Positions 10,212 through 18,496 of a DNA stretch of 64,000 nt are shown here, piece by piece (the first letter of the stretch is position 1; each line of letters begins with the position of its first letter). Origin of the DNA: Nocardioides sp. (GTDB taxonomy: Bacteria > Actinomycetota > Actinomycetes > Propionibacteriales > Nocardioidaceae); contig NZ_JAURVJ010000029.1 of the NCBI RefSeq assembly GCF_030655615.1, positions 1,867-65,866 on the forward strand, in the 5' to 3' direction. Position numbers and translations under genes: made by a program. The notes under the pieces were generated by a model. It did not search any database and was not told the DNA's origin. It worked only from the letters and a program-made list of their open reading frames with translations.

Positions 10212-12128
10212 GTGTCGAGCCCCCAGCACTGCCCCACCCAGCGCGAGCTCGACGACCTCGAGCTGCTGACCTCCGGCGCCCTCGCGCCGCTGACGGCGTA
10301 CGGCGCCCCGGGCTCCCCCGTCACGCTCACCCTTCCGCCGGAGCTGGCCGACGCCCCGACGGTCGAGCTGGTCGACCCCGAGGGCCTCCCCCTCGCCCAC
10401 GCTCACCTCGAGCCCGACGGCAGCCGCCGGGTCGAGGCGCTCACGACCGCCCAGCACGGCCCGTTCCGTCGCCTCTACCTGTCCCCGGCCCAGGTCCGCG
10501 ACCGCTACGCCGGTCGCACGTTCGTGCCCGTCACCGGTCCGGTGAGCGCCGCCCAGCTCGCGCAGCTGCAGGCCCTCGGCCCGCTCGTGCTGCTCGCCCT
10601 CGTCGGCCACGGCACCCCCGACCTCTCCGCCGTCGCCCTCCTGCGCGCGACCGTGCGCGTGGCCGACGCGCTCGGTGCCGACGTCGTCGCTGTCCCCCTC
10701 GCCGACCACGGCGACCCCGAGGCCGACCACGCGCTCGGCGTCCAGGTCGTCTCGACCTACGCCGCCGGCGACCCCGTCGTCGGCCTCGTCGAGGACGACG
10801 GCGACCCGCTCCCCGAGCTCGACGACATCCTCGACGCCGACCAGCCGCCTCCCGACCGGGTCGGCCTGGTCCTCTTCTTCACCGGCCTCTCCGGCAGCGG
10901 CAAGTCCACCCTCGCCCGAGCGCTGATGGACCGGATGCTCGAGCAGGGCACCCGCACCGTCACGACCCTCGACGGCGACGTCGTACGCCGCCACCTCAGC
11001 GCCGGCCTGACCTTCAGCAAGGCCGACCGCGAGACCAACCTCCGCCGCATCGGCTGGGTCGCCGCCGAGATCGCCCGCCACGGCGGCGTCGCCGTCTGCA
11101 GCCCGATCGCCCCCTTCGACGAGACCCGCCGGCAGGTCCGCGAGATGGTCGACGAGGCCGGCGGCGCGTTCTTCCTCGTCCACGTCGCCACCCCCCTCGA
11201 GGAGTGCGAGCGCCGCGACCGCAAGGGCCTCTACGCCAAGGCCCGCCGCGGCGAGATCCCCGAGTTCACCGGCATCTCCTCCCCCTACGAGGAGCCCACC
11301 GACGCCGACGTCCGCGTCGACACCACCGGCCGCACCATCGACGACGCCCTCACCGACGTCCTCGACGAGCTCGCCGCCCAGGGCTACGCCGACCTCCGAG
11401 ACCCCGTGGCTTCGAGGCTCGCTCCGCTCGCACCTCAGCCGACGGATCCCCCAACGTCGGTTGAAGTGCGAGGAGCGCTAGCGACGAGCCTCGAAACCCC
11501 CGCAGCGACAGACCAACCAGTCCACACGGAGGCCGAGGAGGTTGCGCCAGCAATCGTCACGAGACCCCTCAAGGTCCTCTTCGTCTGCACCGCCAACATC
11601 TGCCGCTCCCCCTACATCGAGCTCACGGCCCGCGCCCAAGCAGGCGGCGCGCCCATCGAGTTCACCAGTGCCGGCACCCACGGCTTCACCGGCCAGCCGA
11701 TGAACCCGCCGATGGCCGAGGCCTTCACCCGCCACCACCCCGAAGCAGCAACGACCGTCGAGACCTTCGCGAGCCGCCAGCTCACCCGCGCCATGGTCGA
11801 GGACGCCGATCTCGTCGTCACCGCCGAGGCGTCGCACCGCGGGTTCGTGCTCGACGAGACCCCCGGCGCGTTCCGCAAGGTCTTCACGCTCGGCCAGCTC
11901 GCCGAGGCGGTACAGCGACTCCCCGAGGGCCTCGACCGCGCCGACCTGCTCCGCTCGCTCGGCGAGCGGCGCGGCACGGCCGCCCACGCCCTCGACGTCG
12001 TCGACCCCTACGGTCGCGGCAGCGAGGCGGCCGAGGCCTGCGCCACCCACATCGACACCCTCCTGGGCGCGGTCGTGCCCCGGCTGGCCGCCGCCGAGGC
12101 AGCCACCGCCGACGCCGGGACGGCCTGA
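10212..12128 (+). CDS. cysC: Fusion: degenerate ATP-sulfurylase-like N-domain + adenylyl-sulfate (APS) kinase + C-terminal LMW protein-tyrosine phosphatase
   Basis: ELDDLELL (Sat N-term); FFTGLSGSGKST, LDGDVVRRHL, RDRKGLYAKARRGEIPEFTGISSPYEEP (CysC); VLFVCTANICRSP...DVVDPYG (LMW-PTP CX5R). GTG start inferred. Confidence 0.85.
   Translation: MSSPQHCPTQRELDDLELLTSGALAPLTAYGAPGSPVTLTLPPELADAPTVELVDPEGLPLAHAHLEPDGSRRVEALTTAQHGPFRRLYLSPAQVRDRYAGRTFVPVTGPVSAAQLAQLQALGPLVLLALVGHGTPDLSAVALLRATVRVADALGADVVAVPLADHGDPEADHALGVQVVSTYAAGDPVVGLVEDDGDPLPELDDILDADQPPPDRVGLVLFFTGLSGSGKSTLARALMDRMLEQGTRTVTTLDGDVVRRHLSAGLTFSKADRETNLRRIGWVAAEIARHGGVAVCSPIAPFDETRRQVREMVDEAGGAFFLVHVATPLEECERRDRKGLYAKARRGEIPEFTGISSPYEEPTDADVRVDTTGRTIDDALTDVLDELAAQGYADLRDPVASRLAPLAPQPTDPPTSVEVRGALATSLETPAATDQPVHTEAEEVAPAIVTRPLKVLFVCTANICRSPYIELTARAQAGGAPIEFTSAGTHGFTGQPMNPPMAEAFTRHHPEAATTVETFASRQLTRAMVEDADLVVTAEASHRGFVLDETPGAFRKVFTLGQLAEAVQRLPEGLDRADLLRSLGERRGTAAHALDVVDPYGRGSEAAEACATHIDTLLGAVVPRLAAAEAATADAGTA
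11408..11498. repeat. Inverted pair of REP-like elements inside the cysC-fusion linker
   Basis: GGCTTCGAGGCTCGCTCCGCTCGCACCTCAGCCGACG (11408-11444, identical to 37492-37528) faces a related reverse copy at 11455-11498. Confidence 0.85.
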
Positions 12129-12131
12129 CCC

Positions 12132-13142
12132 GTGACGGACTTCCTGACCGGCGACTTCCTCTCCATCCTGACCGCCGGCTTCGTCGTCGGAGTGGTGGTC
12201 GGCCTCACCGGCATGGGCGGTGGCGCACTGATGACGCCGGCGCTGCTGTTCCTGGGCGCCGGGTCCGGCGAGGCCGCGACCGTCGTCGCCGCCGACCTGA
12301 CGGCGGCTGCCGTCTACAAGTCCGGCGGCGCCGTCGTGCACGCCCGTGAGGGCTCGCCCAACCTGACGCTCGCGAAGTGGCTGACCATCGGCTCGGTGCC
12401 CTGCGCACTCGCCGGGCCCTACGTCATCAAGGCCCTCACCGACGACCCCGACCAGCTCGACTACGTGCTCAAGATGTCGATCGGCTTCGCCCTGCTGCTG
12501 GCGGCATCGACGTACGCCCTCCGCCTCTACATCAACCTGCGCCGCGTCCGTACCGGCGGCGTCCTGGGCGAGGAGGACCCCCACATCCGTCCGCTCGTGA
12601 CCCTGCTCGTGGGGGCTCTCGGCGGGGCGCTGGTCGGGGTGACCAGCGTCGGCTCGGGCTCCGTCATCATGGTCGCGCTGCTGATGCTCTATCCCGGGCT
12701 GTCCGCGGTGAAGCTCGTCGGCACCGACCTGGTGCAGGCCGTCCCGCTGGTCCTCGCCGCGGCGATCTCCAACGTGGCCATCCACGGCCTCGACTGGAAC
12801 CTGCTCGTCCCGCTCGTCCTCGGATCGGTACCCGGCACGATCCTCGGAAGCCGTCTCGCGCCTCGCGTGCCGCAGTCATTCATCCGCCGCGGCATCGTGG
12901 TCGTGCTGACGATGTCGGGCGTCGCCCTCCTCGACAAGGCCGGCTGGGCGCCACTCGGCGTCGACGACACGCACCCGCTCCTGATCGCGGGCGTCGGTGT
13001 CGCGATGGTGGTGCTCGTGCCGCTGATCTGGGGGCTGCTCCGCAAGGAGCAGGGGCTCCCCATGTTCGGCGCACCCACCGTCGCGGAGCTCGAAGGCAGC
13101 GACCCGAGCCAGTACGCCGCCTCGACCAGCCCTCGGGACTGA
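12132..13142 (+). CDS. Sulfite exporter TauE/SafE family
   Basis: GLTGMGGGALMTP and VGVTSVGSGS internal repeats; VGTDLVQAVPL; multi-TM. Confidence 0.88.
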   Translation: MTDFLTGDFLSILTAGFVVGVVVGLTGMGGGALMTPALLFLGAGSGEAATVVAADLTAAAVYKSGGAVVHAREGSPNLTLAKWLTIGSVPCALAGPYVIKALTDDPDQLDYVLKMSIGFALLLAASTYALRLYINLRRVRTGGVLGEEDPHIRPLVTLLVGALGGALVGVTSVGSGSVIMVALLMLYPGLSAVKLVGTDLVQAVPLVLAAAISNVAIHGLDWNLLVPLVLGSVPGTILGSRLAPRVPQSFIRRGIVVVLTMSGVALLDKAGWAPLGVDDTHPLLIAGVGVAMVVLVPLIWGLLRKEQGLPMFGAPTVAELEGSDPSQYAASTSPRD

Positions 13143-13147
13143 CCACC

Positions 13148-14389
13148 GTGTTCCTCATGACCAACCCGGTGCGCGACTACGCCTGGGGATCGACCGACCA
13201 GCTCGCCCGGTTCCTCGATCGACCGCCCAGCGGCCGCCCCGAGGCCGAGCTCTGGATCGGCGCCCATGACGGCGACCCCTCGGGCCTGCCGGACGGACGC
13301 CGCCTCAACGCGGTGATCGCCGAGGACCCGGTGCCGGTCCTGGGTGCGCGGGTCTGCGACGTCTTCGGTGACCGGCTGCCGTTCCTGATGAAGGTGCTCG
13401 CCGTCGACCAGCCGCTGTCGTTGCAGGTGCACCCCAGCAGCGAGCGAGCCCGGCTCGGCCACCGCCACGAGGACGCCGAAGGCGTCCCCCTCGATGCCGG
13501 CCACCGCAACTACAAGGACACCTGGCACAAGCCCGAGCTCATCTTCGCCCTGACCCGCTTCGAGGGCCTGGCCGGCTTCCGTGACGTCAGCAAGTCGGCG
13601 GCGATGCTGCGGTTGCTCAAGGTGCCGTGGGCTGACGACGTCGCCGAGCGCCTCGAGCAGGGCCCTCCTCATGAAGCGCTGCGCGCGGTCGTCACCGAGA
13701 CGCTCGCACTCGAGGGACGTCGACTGGCACGCATCCTCCGCGACGTCGGTGACGCCGCCCGCCACGCCGGCGCCCGCGCAGCCCGCGACGAGGGCCGGCA
13801 CCCCACGCACCGCACGGGTGACCCCGCGCTCCGTGCCGAGGCGGCCCGCACCTTCACCCGCTGCGGTCAGCTCGTCCGCGACTACCCCCGCGATCCCGGC
13901 GTCCTGGTCACCCTGCTCCTCAACAACGTCCTCCTCGCCCCCGGCGAGGCGATGTTCGTCAACGCCGGCGTCGTCCACGCCTACCTCGAGGGACTCGGCG
14001 TCGAGATCATGGCCTCCTCCGACAACGTCCTCCGGGCCGGCCTCACGCCCAAGCACATGGACGTCGAGGAGCTGCTGACCATCACCAGCTTCACGCCCAT
14101 CCCACCGCCCCGCTGGGACCCGTCCGAGCGGGCCAGCGGCTACTGCCACCTCGAGCCGCCCGTCGGCGAGTTCTGCCTGACCGTCGGCCAGACCCCGCTG
14201 CGGCGCCTCCCCAGCACCGGCCCTCGCACGGTCCTCGTCCTGGAGGGCACCGTCACCGTTGCCGCCCGCGGTGCCTCCTCCGGCACCGTCACCGCCTCCC
14301 GAGGTCAGTCGGTCTTCGTCACCCACGACGACGGACAGATCACCCTCACCGGCGATGCCCGCGTGGCCATCGGCTCCGTCCCCGTCTGA
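13148..14389 (+). CDS. manA: Mannose-6-phosphate isomerase, class I
   Basis: YAWGS, AELWIGAH, LPFLMKVLA...PLSLQVHP, HKPEL, HAYLEGLGVEIMASSDNVLRAGLTPKH. Confidence 0.93.
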   Translation: MFLMTNPVRDYAWGSTDQLARFLDRPPSGRPEAELWIGAHDGDPSGLPDGRRLNAVIAEDPVPVLGARVCDVFGDRLPFLMKVLAVDQPLSLQVHPSSERARLGHRHEDAEGVPLDAGHRNYKDTWHKPELIFALTRFEGLAGFRDVSKSAAMLRLLKVPWADDVAERLEQGPPHEALRAVVTETLALEGRRLARILRDVGDAARHAGARAARDEGRHPTHRTGDPALRAEAARTFTRCGQLVRDYPRDPGVLVTLLLNNVLLAPGEAMFVNAGVVHAYLEGLGVEIMASSDNVLRAGLTPKHMDVEELLTITSFTPIPPPRWDPSERASGYCHLEPPVGEFCLTVGQTPLRRLPSTGPRTVLVLEGTVTVAARGASSGTVTASRGQSVFVTHDDGQITLTGDARVAIGSVPV

Positions 14390-14433
14390 CGTCGGCTGAG
14401 GTGCGAGGAGCCCCAGAGACGAGCCTCGAAGCC
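14390..14433 (-). repeat. REP-like element immediately after manA stop
   Basis: Reverse complement GGCTTCGAGGCTCGTCTCTGGGGCTCCTCGCACCTCAGCCGACG shares both ends with the other copies. Confidence 0.8.
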
Positions 14434-14526
14434 TCCGCAGCCGAACAGCCCAACAGGCGCACCCCCGCAACATCGTCCGAACTTCCGGTTGACGTGGTCG
14501 TCGTCTGCTCGCCCTATCCTCGCCGA

Positions 14527-14742
14527 GTGGTCGACCGCATCCTTCTCGCTACGGCCGTGCTCGCCCACTGCCTCCTCGCAGCGGCGTTCGTGCTGACCGA
14601 CGGCCCCCAGTCGAGCCGGGTCATCCTCAAGCTGTCGACCACGCACGGGGTGCACGCGTCGGACGTGCCGATCAACCTCATTTGGACCGTGGGCATCGCC
14701 GCCCTCGCGGGACTCTGGTATCGCCACGGACGCAACCCCTGA
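14527..14742 (+). CDS. Small (71 aa) two-TM membrane protein
   Basis: GTG 6 nt after TATCCT -10; two hydrophobic segments flanking THGVHASDVP. Confidence 0.55.
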   Translation: MVDRILLATAVLAHCLLAAAFVLTDGPQSSRVILKLSTTHGVHASDVPINLIWTVGIAALAGLWYRHGRNP

Positions 14743-14957
14743 ACCTGTCCCTACATGGTCAGGAACCGAGGACCAGGACGTCGGTGGCACTGGGCGACAC
14801 ACACGCGGCCAGCGCGGCGCCCACCACCCGCTGAGACACGTTCAACTAGGGTGAGCCAGTCGACATACTCGTCGTGTTCGTCCGCTTCGAGGCCCACCGT
14901 TACAGTGATCGCTGCTGTCCAACGACGCAGACCCCCGCGAGAGGCACCCGCACCCTG

Positions 14958-15872
14958 ATGACCACCACGCACGCCGACTACCGGCTGAGCCAGCTCGACC
15001 AGCTGGAGGCTGAGTCGATCCACATCTTCCGTGAGGTCGCCGCCGAGTTCGAGAAGCCCGTCCTGATGTTCTCGGGCGGCAAGGACTCGATCGTCATGCT
15101 GCGGCTGGCCGAGAAGGCGTTCTTCCCCGCGAAGATCCCGTTCCCGGTGCTCCAGATCGACACCGGCCTCGACTTTCCCGAGGTGCTCACCACCCGCGAC
15201 AACTGGGTCAACCGCCTCGGGGTCCGGCTCGTGGTCGCCAGCATCGACGACGCGATCGCCAACGGCGTCGTGGTCGACGACGGCAAGACCAGCCGCAACC
15301 GCATGCAGACCGCCACCCTGCTCAACGCGATCGAGGAGAACGGCTTCACCGCCGCATTCGGTGGCGGCCGCCGCGACGAGGAGAAGGCCCGCGCCAAGGA
15401 GCGCGTCTACTCCCACCGCGACGAGTTCGGGCAGTGGGACCCCAAGATGCAGCGACCCGAGCTGTGGAGCCTCTACAACGGCCGCATCCACGCCGGCGAG
15501 CACATGCGGATCTTCCCGATCTCCAACTGGACCGAGCTCGACGTCTGGGACTACCTCGGCCGCGAGGGCATCGAGATCCCCGACATCTACTTCTCCCACC
15601 AGCGCCGCGTGTTCGTCCGCGACGGGATGCTGATGAGCGAGACCCCGCTCAACCCGCTGCGCGAGGGCGAGGTCGTCGAGGAGCGCACGGTCCGCTTCCG
15701 CACCTGCGGCGACATCACCCTCACCGGGTGCGTCGAGTCCACCGCGAGCACCATCCCCGAGATCATCGACGAGGTCGCCATCGCCACGCTCACCGAGCGC
15801 GGCGCCACCCGTGGTGATGACCGGTTCTCCGAGGCAGCCATGGAGGACCGGAAGAAGGAAGGCTACTTCTGA
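14958..15872 (+). CDS. cysD: Sulfate adenylyltransferase subunit 2
   Basis: LEAESIHIFREV, MFSGGKDS, GGGRRDEEKARAKER, WDPKMQRPELW, MEDRKKEGYF. Confidence 0.96.
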   Translation: MTTTHADYRLSQLDQLEAESIHIFREVAAEFEKPVLMFSGGKDSIVMLRLAEKAFFPAKIPFPVLQIDTGLDFPEVLTTRDNWVNRLGVRLVVASIDDAIANGVVVDDGKTSRNRMQTATLLNAIEENGFTAAFGGGRRDEEKARAKERVYSHRDEFGQWDPKMQRPELWSLYNGRIHAGEHMRIFPISNWTELDVWDYLGREGIEIPDIYFSHQRRVFVRDGMLMSETPLNPLREGEVVEERTVRFRTCGDITLTGCVESTASTIPEIIDEVAIATLTERGATRGDDRFSEAAMEDRKKEGYF

Positions 15873-17161
15873 TGAACGCCGAAACCACGACTGATGGTCG
15901 CTCCACCAACATGGACCTGCTCCGGTTCGCCACCGCAGGCTCGGTCGACGACGGCAAGTCGACCCTCATCGGGCGTCTGCTGCTCGACTCCAAGTCGATC
16001 TTCGCCGACCAGCTCGAGGCCGTGGAAGCCACCAGCGTGTCCAAGGGCTACGACTACACCGACCTCGCCCTGCTGACCGACGGCCTGCGCTCCGAGCGCG
16101 AGCAGGGCATCACCATCGACGTCGCCTACCGATACTTCGCCACGCCCAACCGCAAGTTCATCATCGCCGACACCCCCGGCCACGTGCAGTACACGCGCAA
16201 CATGGTCACCGGCGCCTCGACCGCCGACCTCGGCCTCGTGCTCGTCGACGCCCGACAGGGCCTCACCGAGCAGTCCCGACGCCACGCGGTCATCCTCTCG
16301 CTGCTGCGGGTCCCCCACCTCGTGCTCGCGGTCAACAAGATGGACCTCGTCGACTACTCCCAGGAGGTCTACGACAAGATCCACCAGGAGTTCACGCAGT
16401 TCGCGACCAAGCTCAACATCCCCGACCTCGAGGTCATCCCGATCTCGGCCCTGGCCGGCGACAACGTCGTCAACCGCTCCGACAACATGAGCTGGTACCT
16501 AGGCCCCACCCTCATGCACCACCTCGAGCACGTCCACGTCGCCTCCGATCGCGACCTCGTCGACGTCCGCTTCCCGGTCCAGTACGTCGTGCGCCCCAAG
16601 TCGGACGAGCATCACGACTACCGCGGCTACGGCGGCATGGTCGCCGGCGGCGTCCTCAAGCCCGGCGACGAGGTCGTCGTCCTGCCCTCCGGCATGACCT
16701 CCAAGATCGCCGGCATCGATCTCTTCGACCAGGAGATCTCCGAGGCCTTCCCGCCCATGTCGGTCACCGTCCGCCTCGAGGACGACGTCGACGTCTCCCG
16801 CGGCGACATGATCGCCCGCGTCAAGAACGCCCCGGTGCCGAGCCAGGACATCGACGCGATGGTGTGCTGGATGACCACCACGCCGCTCAAGCCGCGGCAG
16901 AAGCTGGCCATTAAGCACACCACCCGCACCGCACGCGCGCTGGTCAAGGACATCCAGTACCGCCTCGACGTCAACACGCTGCACCGCGACCAGGAGACCA
17001 AAGAGCTCGGCGTCAACGAGATCGGTCGCGTGCAGCTGCGCACCACCGTGCCGCTGCTCTGCGACCCCTACTCCCAGAACCGCACCACCGGCTCCTTCAT
17101 CCTCATCGACGAAGCCACCGGCATCACGGTTGGCGCAGGAATGATCAACTCAGGTTCCTGA
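15872..17161 (+). CDS. cysN: Sulfate adenylyltransferase subunit 1 (GTPase; no APS-kinase domain)
   Basis: GSVDDGKSTLIGRLL, EREQGITIDVAYRYF, DTPGH, NKMD, NRTTGSFILIDE; TGATG coupling to cysD. Confidence 0.96.
   Translation: MNAETTTDGRSTNMDLLRFATAGSVDDGKSTLIGRLLLDSKSIFADQLEAVEATSVSKGYDYTDLALLTDGLRSEREQGITIDVAYRYFATPNRKFIIADTPGHVQYTRNMVTGASTADLGLVLVDARQGLTEQSRRHAVILSLLRVPHLVLAVNKMDLVDYSQEVYDKIHQEFTQFATKLNIPDLEVIPISALAGDNVVNRSDNMSWYLGPTLMHHLEHVHVASDRDLVDVRFPVQYVVRPKSDEHHDYRGYGGMVAGGVLKPGDEVVVLPSGMTSKIAGIDLFDQEISEAFPPMSVTVRLEDDVDVSRGDMIARVKNAPVPSQDIDAMVCWMTTTPLKPRQKLAIKHTTRTARALVKDIQYRLDVNTLHRDQETKELGVNEIGRVQLRTTVPLLCDPYSQNRTTGSFILIDEATGITVGAGMINSGS
17122..17160 (+). repeat. Direct repeat copy 1 (cysN 3' end)
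   Basis: CATCACGGTTGGCGCAGGAATGATCAACTCAGGTTCCTG; 34/39 identical (hand count) to 17949-17987. Confidence 0.8.
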
Positions 17162-17285
17162 AGCGGGTCTTTATCCGCCCTGCCGTTTGTCATGTCTCAG
17201 GGACTCTTTGATAGTTCTGAATTGATGCATAAGGTGACGGTTCGGGCGTTATTGGTGGTGACACATTAGCCTCGATGCTTCGAGG

Positions 17286-17940
17286 ATGGTTCCCAGTGAA
17301 CCAATCGATCCCCGTGTCCGGCTCGCGACTTCGCCGTGGCCCGAGGATGCCCCGCGTAGGGCAGTGGCGACGTTCTGCGCCGAGTACTCCATCACTCGTA
17401 AATCCCCTGTTACGAGCTGCGCAAGCGTGCCCGTCAGGACGGTCCGGCTGCAGTCTCGGAGCCTCGGTCCAGCCGGCCCGACCGAGCCCGTCGAGACTGA
17501 TCTAGGTGGTCAAAGGTCAAGCGATCCAGGTCTGCGCCGCGTTGGAGTCCTCCGGGTTGGATCACGGTCCGATCAGCATGCGCGACAAGATGCGCGCGAT
17601 AGGCCTGGACCCGGTGTCTTCAATCGCGTCGCTGGCACGGGTCTTTCGCGAGGCCGGTGTGGCTCGACTTGAGCCGCAGAAGCCGCACGCTCGGCACGGG
17701 CTCGTCAACCCAGCATCGAACGCGGGCTGGCAGCTCGACGCCACCGAGTACGTCCTGACCGGTGAACGCAAAGTGCGTGATCTTCCAGCTCTTCGATGAC
17801 CATTCGCAGTTCGCGGTGGCCCCGCATGTGGCGTGGGGCGAGACCTCCAAGGACGCGATCACGGTGGTCGACAAGGCCATCGGTGCTTACGGCGAACCCC
17901 AACGGCTGCTCTCGAACGACCGGCCGCGTTGAACCCCACG
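17286..17940 (+). pseudogene. Decayed IS481-family transposase
   Basis: Fragments in different frames: PIDPRVRLA..WPEDAPR; AALESSGLDHGPIS; SLARVFREAG; WQLDATEY; DDHS; PQRLLS. Frameshifted and truncated. Confidence 0.75.
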
Positions 17941-17948
17941 CGTCGCGC

Positions 17949-17987
17949 CATCACCGTCCGCGCAGAAATGATCAACTCGGGTTCCTG
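17949..17987 (+). repeat. Direct repeat copy 2 (degenerate cysN 3' end)
   Basis: CATCACCGTCCGCGCAGAAATGATCAACTCGGGTTCCTG, reads ITVRAEMINSG vs cysN ITVGAGMINSG. Confidence 0.8.
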
Positions 17988-18089
17988 GGGCCGGTCCTGC
18001 ACGCCCCGTCCACGGGCCCTGCCCTTGCCAACTACTCACACGCACTCGCGTATGAGTGGTTGGCCAAACTAGCTATGGCACCCCCGGAG

Positions 18090-18440
18090 TCAATCGGTTG
18101 TTGCAACGAGTCCTGCGTTGAGGACCTGGGCTGGAGTCTGGCAGTCGAGGGCCTTGCGGGGGCGGGTGTTCAGGCGCGGCGCGACGTCGTCGCAGTCGGT
18201 CTGGCTCAGGCCGCGGAGTTCTCGTTGGTGCCGCGCTGCCACGGCTCCTGGGGGCCGCAGAAGTAGACCGGGGTACCGGTCTCGATGCGGAACTGGGCGT
18301 GTTGGGCCATCCCCGGTCCCAGGTGATCGCCTTGCGCAGATTCAGCGGCAGGGTCGCGATCATCTGCGACAGGCTCTTCCTGGTCAGGTCAGCGGTGTGG
18401 CGCCCGGAGCAGCTGCCTTGACTAGCACACCTGTTCATCA
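18090..18440 (-). pseudogene. Decayed IS30-family transposase, C-terminal fragment
   Basis: LRKAITWD; HAQFRIETGTPVYFC..PWQRGTNEN; LNTRPRKAL..TPAQVL spread over frameshifts. Confidence 0.75.
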
Positions 18441-18496
18441 AAGCGAGCCTGCAGCGGTGGCAATGGCCACCGCTGCAGGCCAGAAGCGCTGCGGGA

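Noticed and set aside
14743-14957. SAM riboswitch upstream of cysD
   Set aside because: Could not match SAM-I/IV core motifs by eye; an Rfam search would be needed
15872-17161. EF-Tu or bifunctional CysNC
   Set aside because: The sequence has CysN-specific motifs and follows cysD; it ends without an APS-kinase domain
17286-18440. Active insertion sequences
   Set aside because: Multiple frameshifts and truncations; no clear terminal inverted-repeat pair identified
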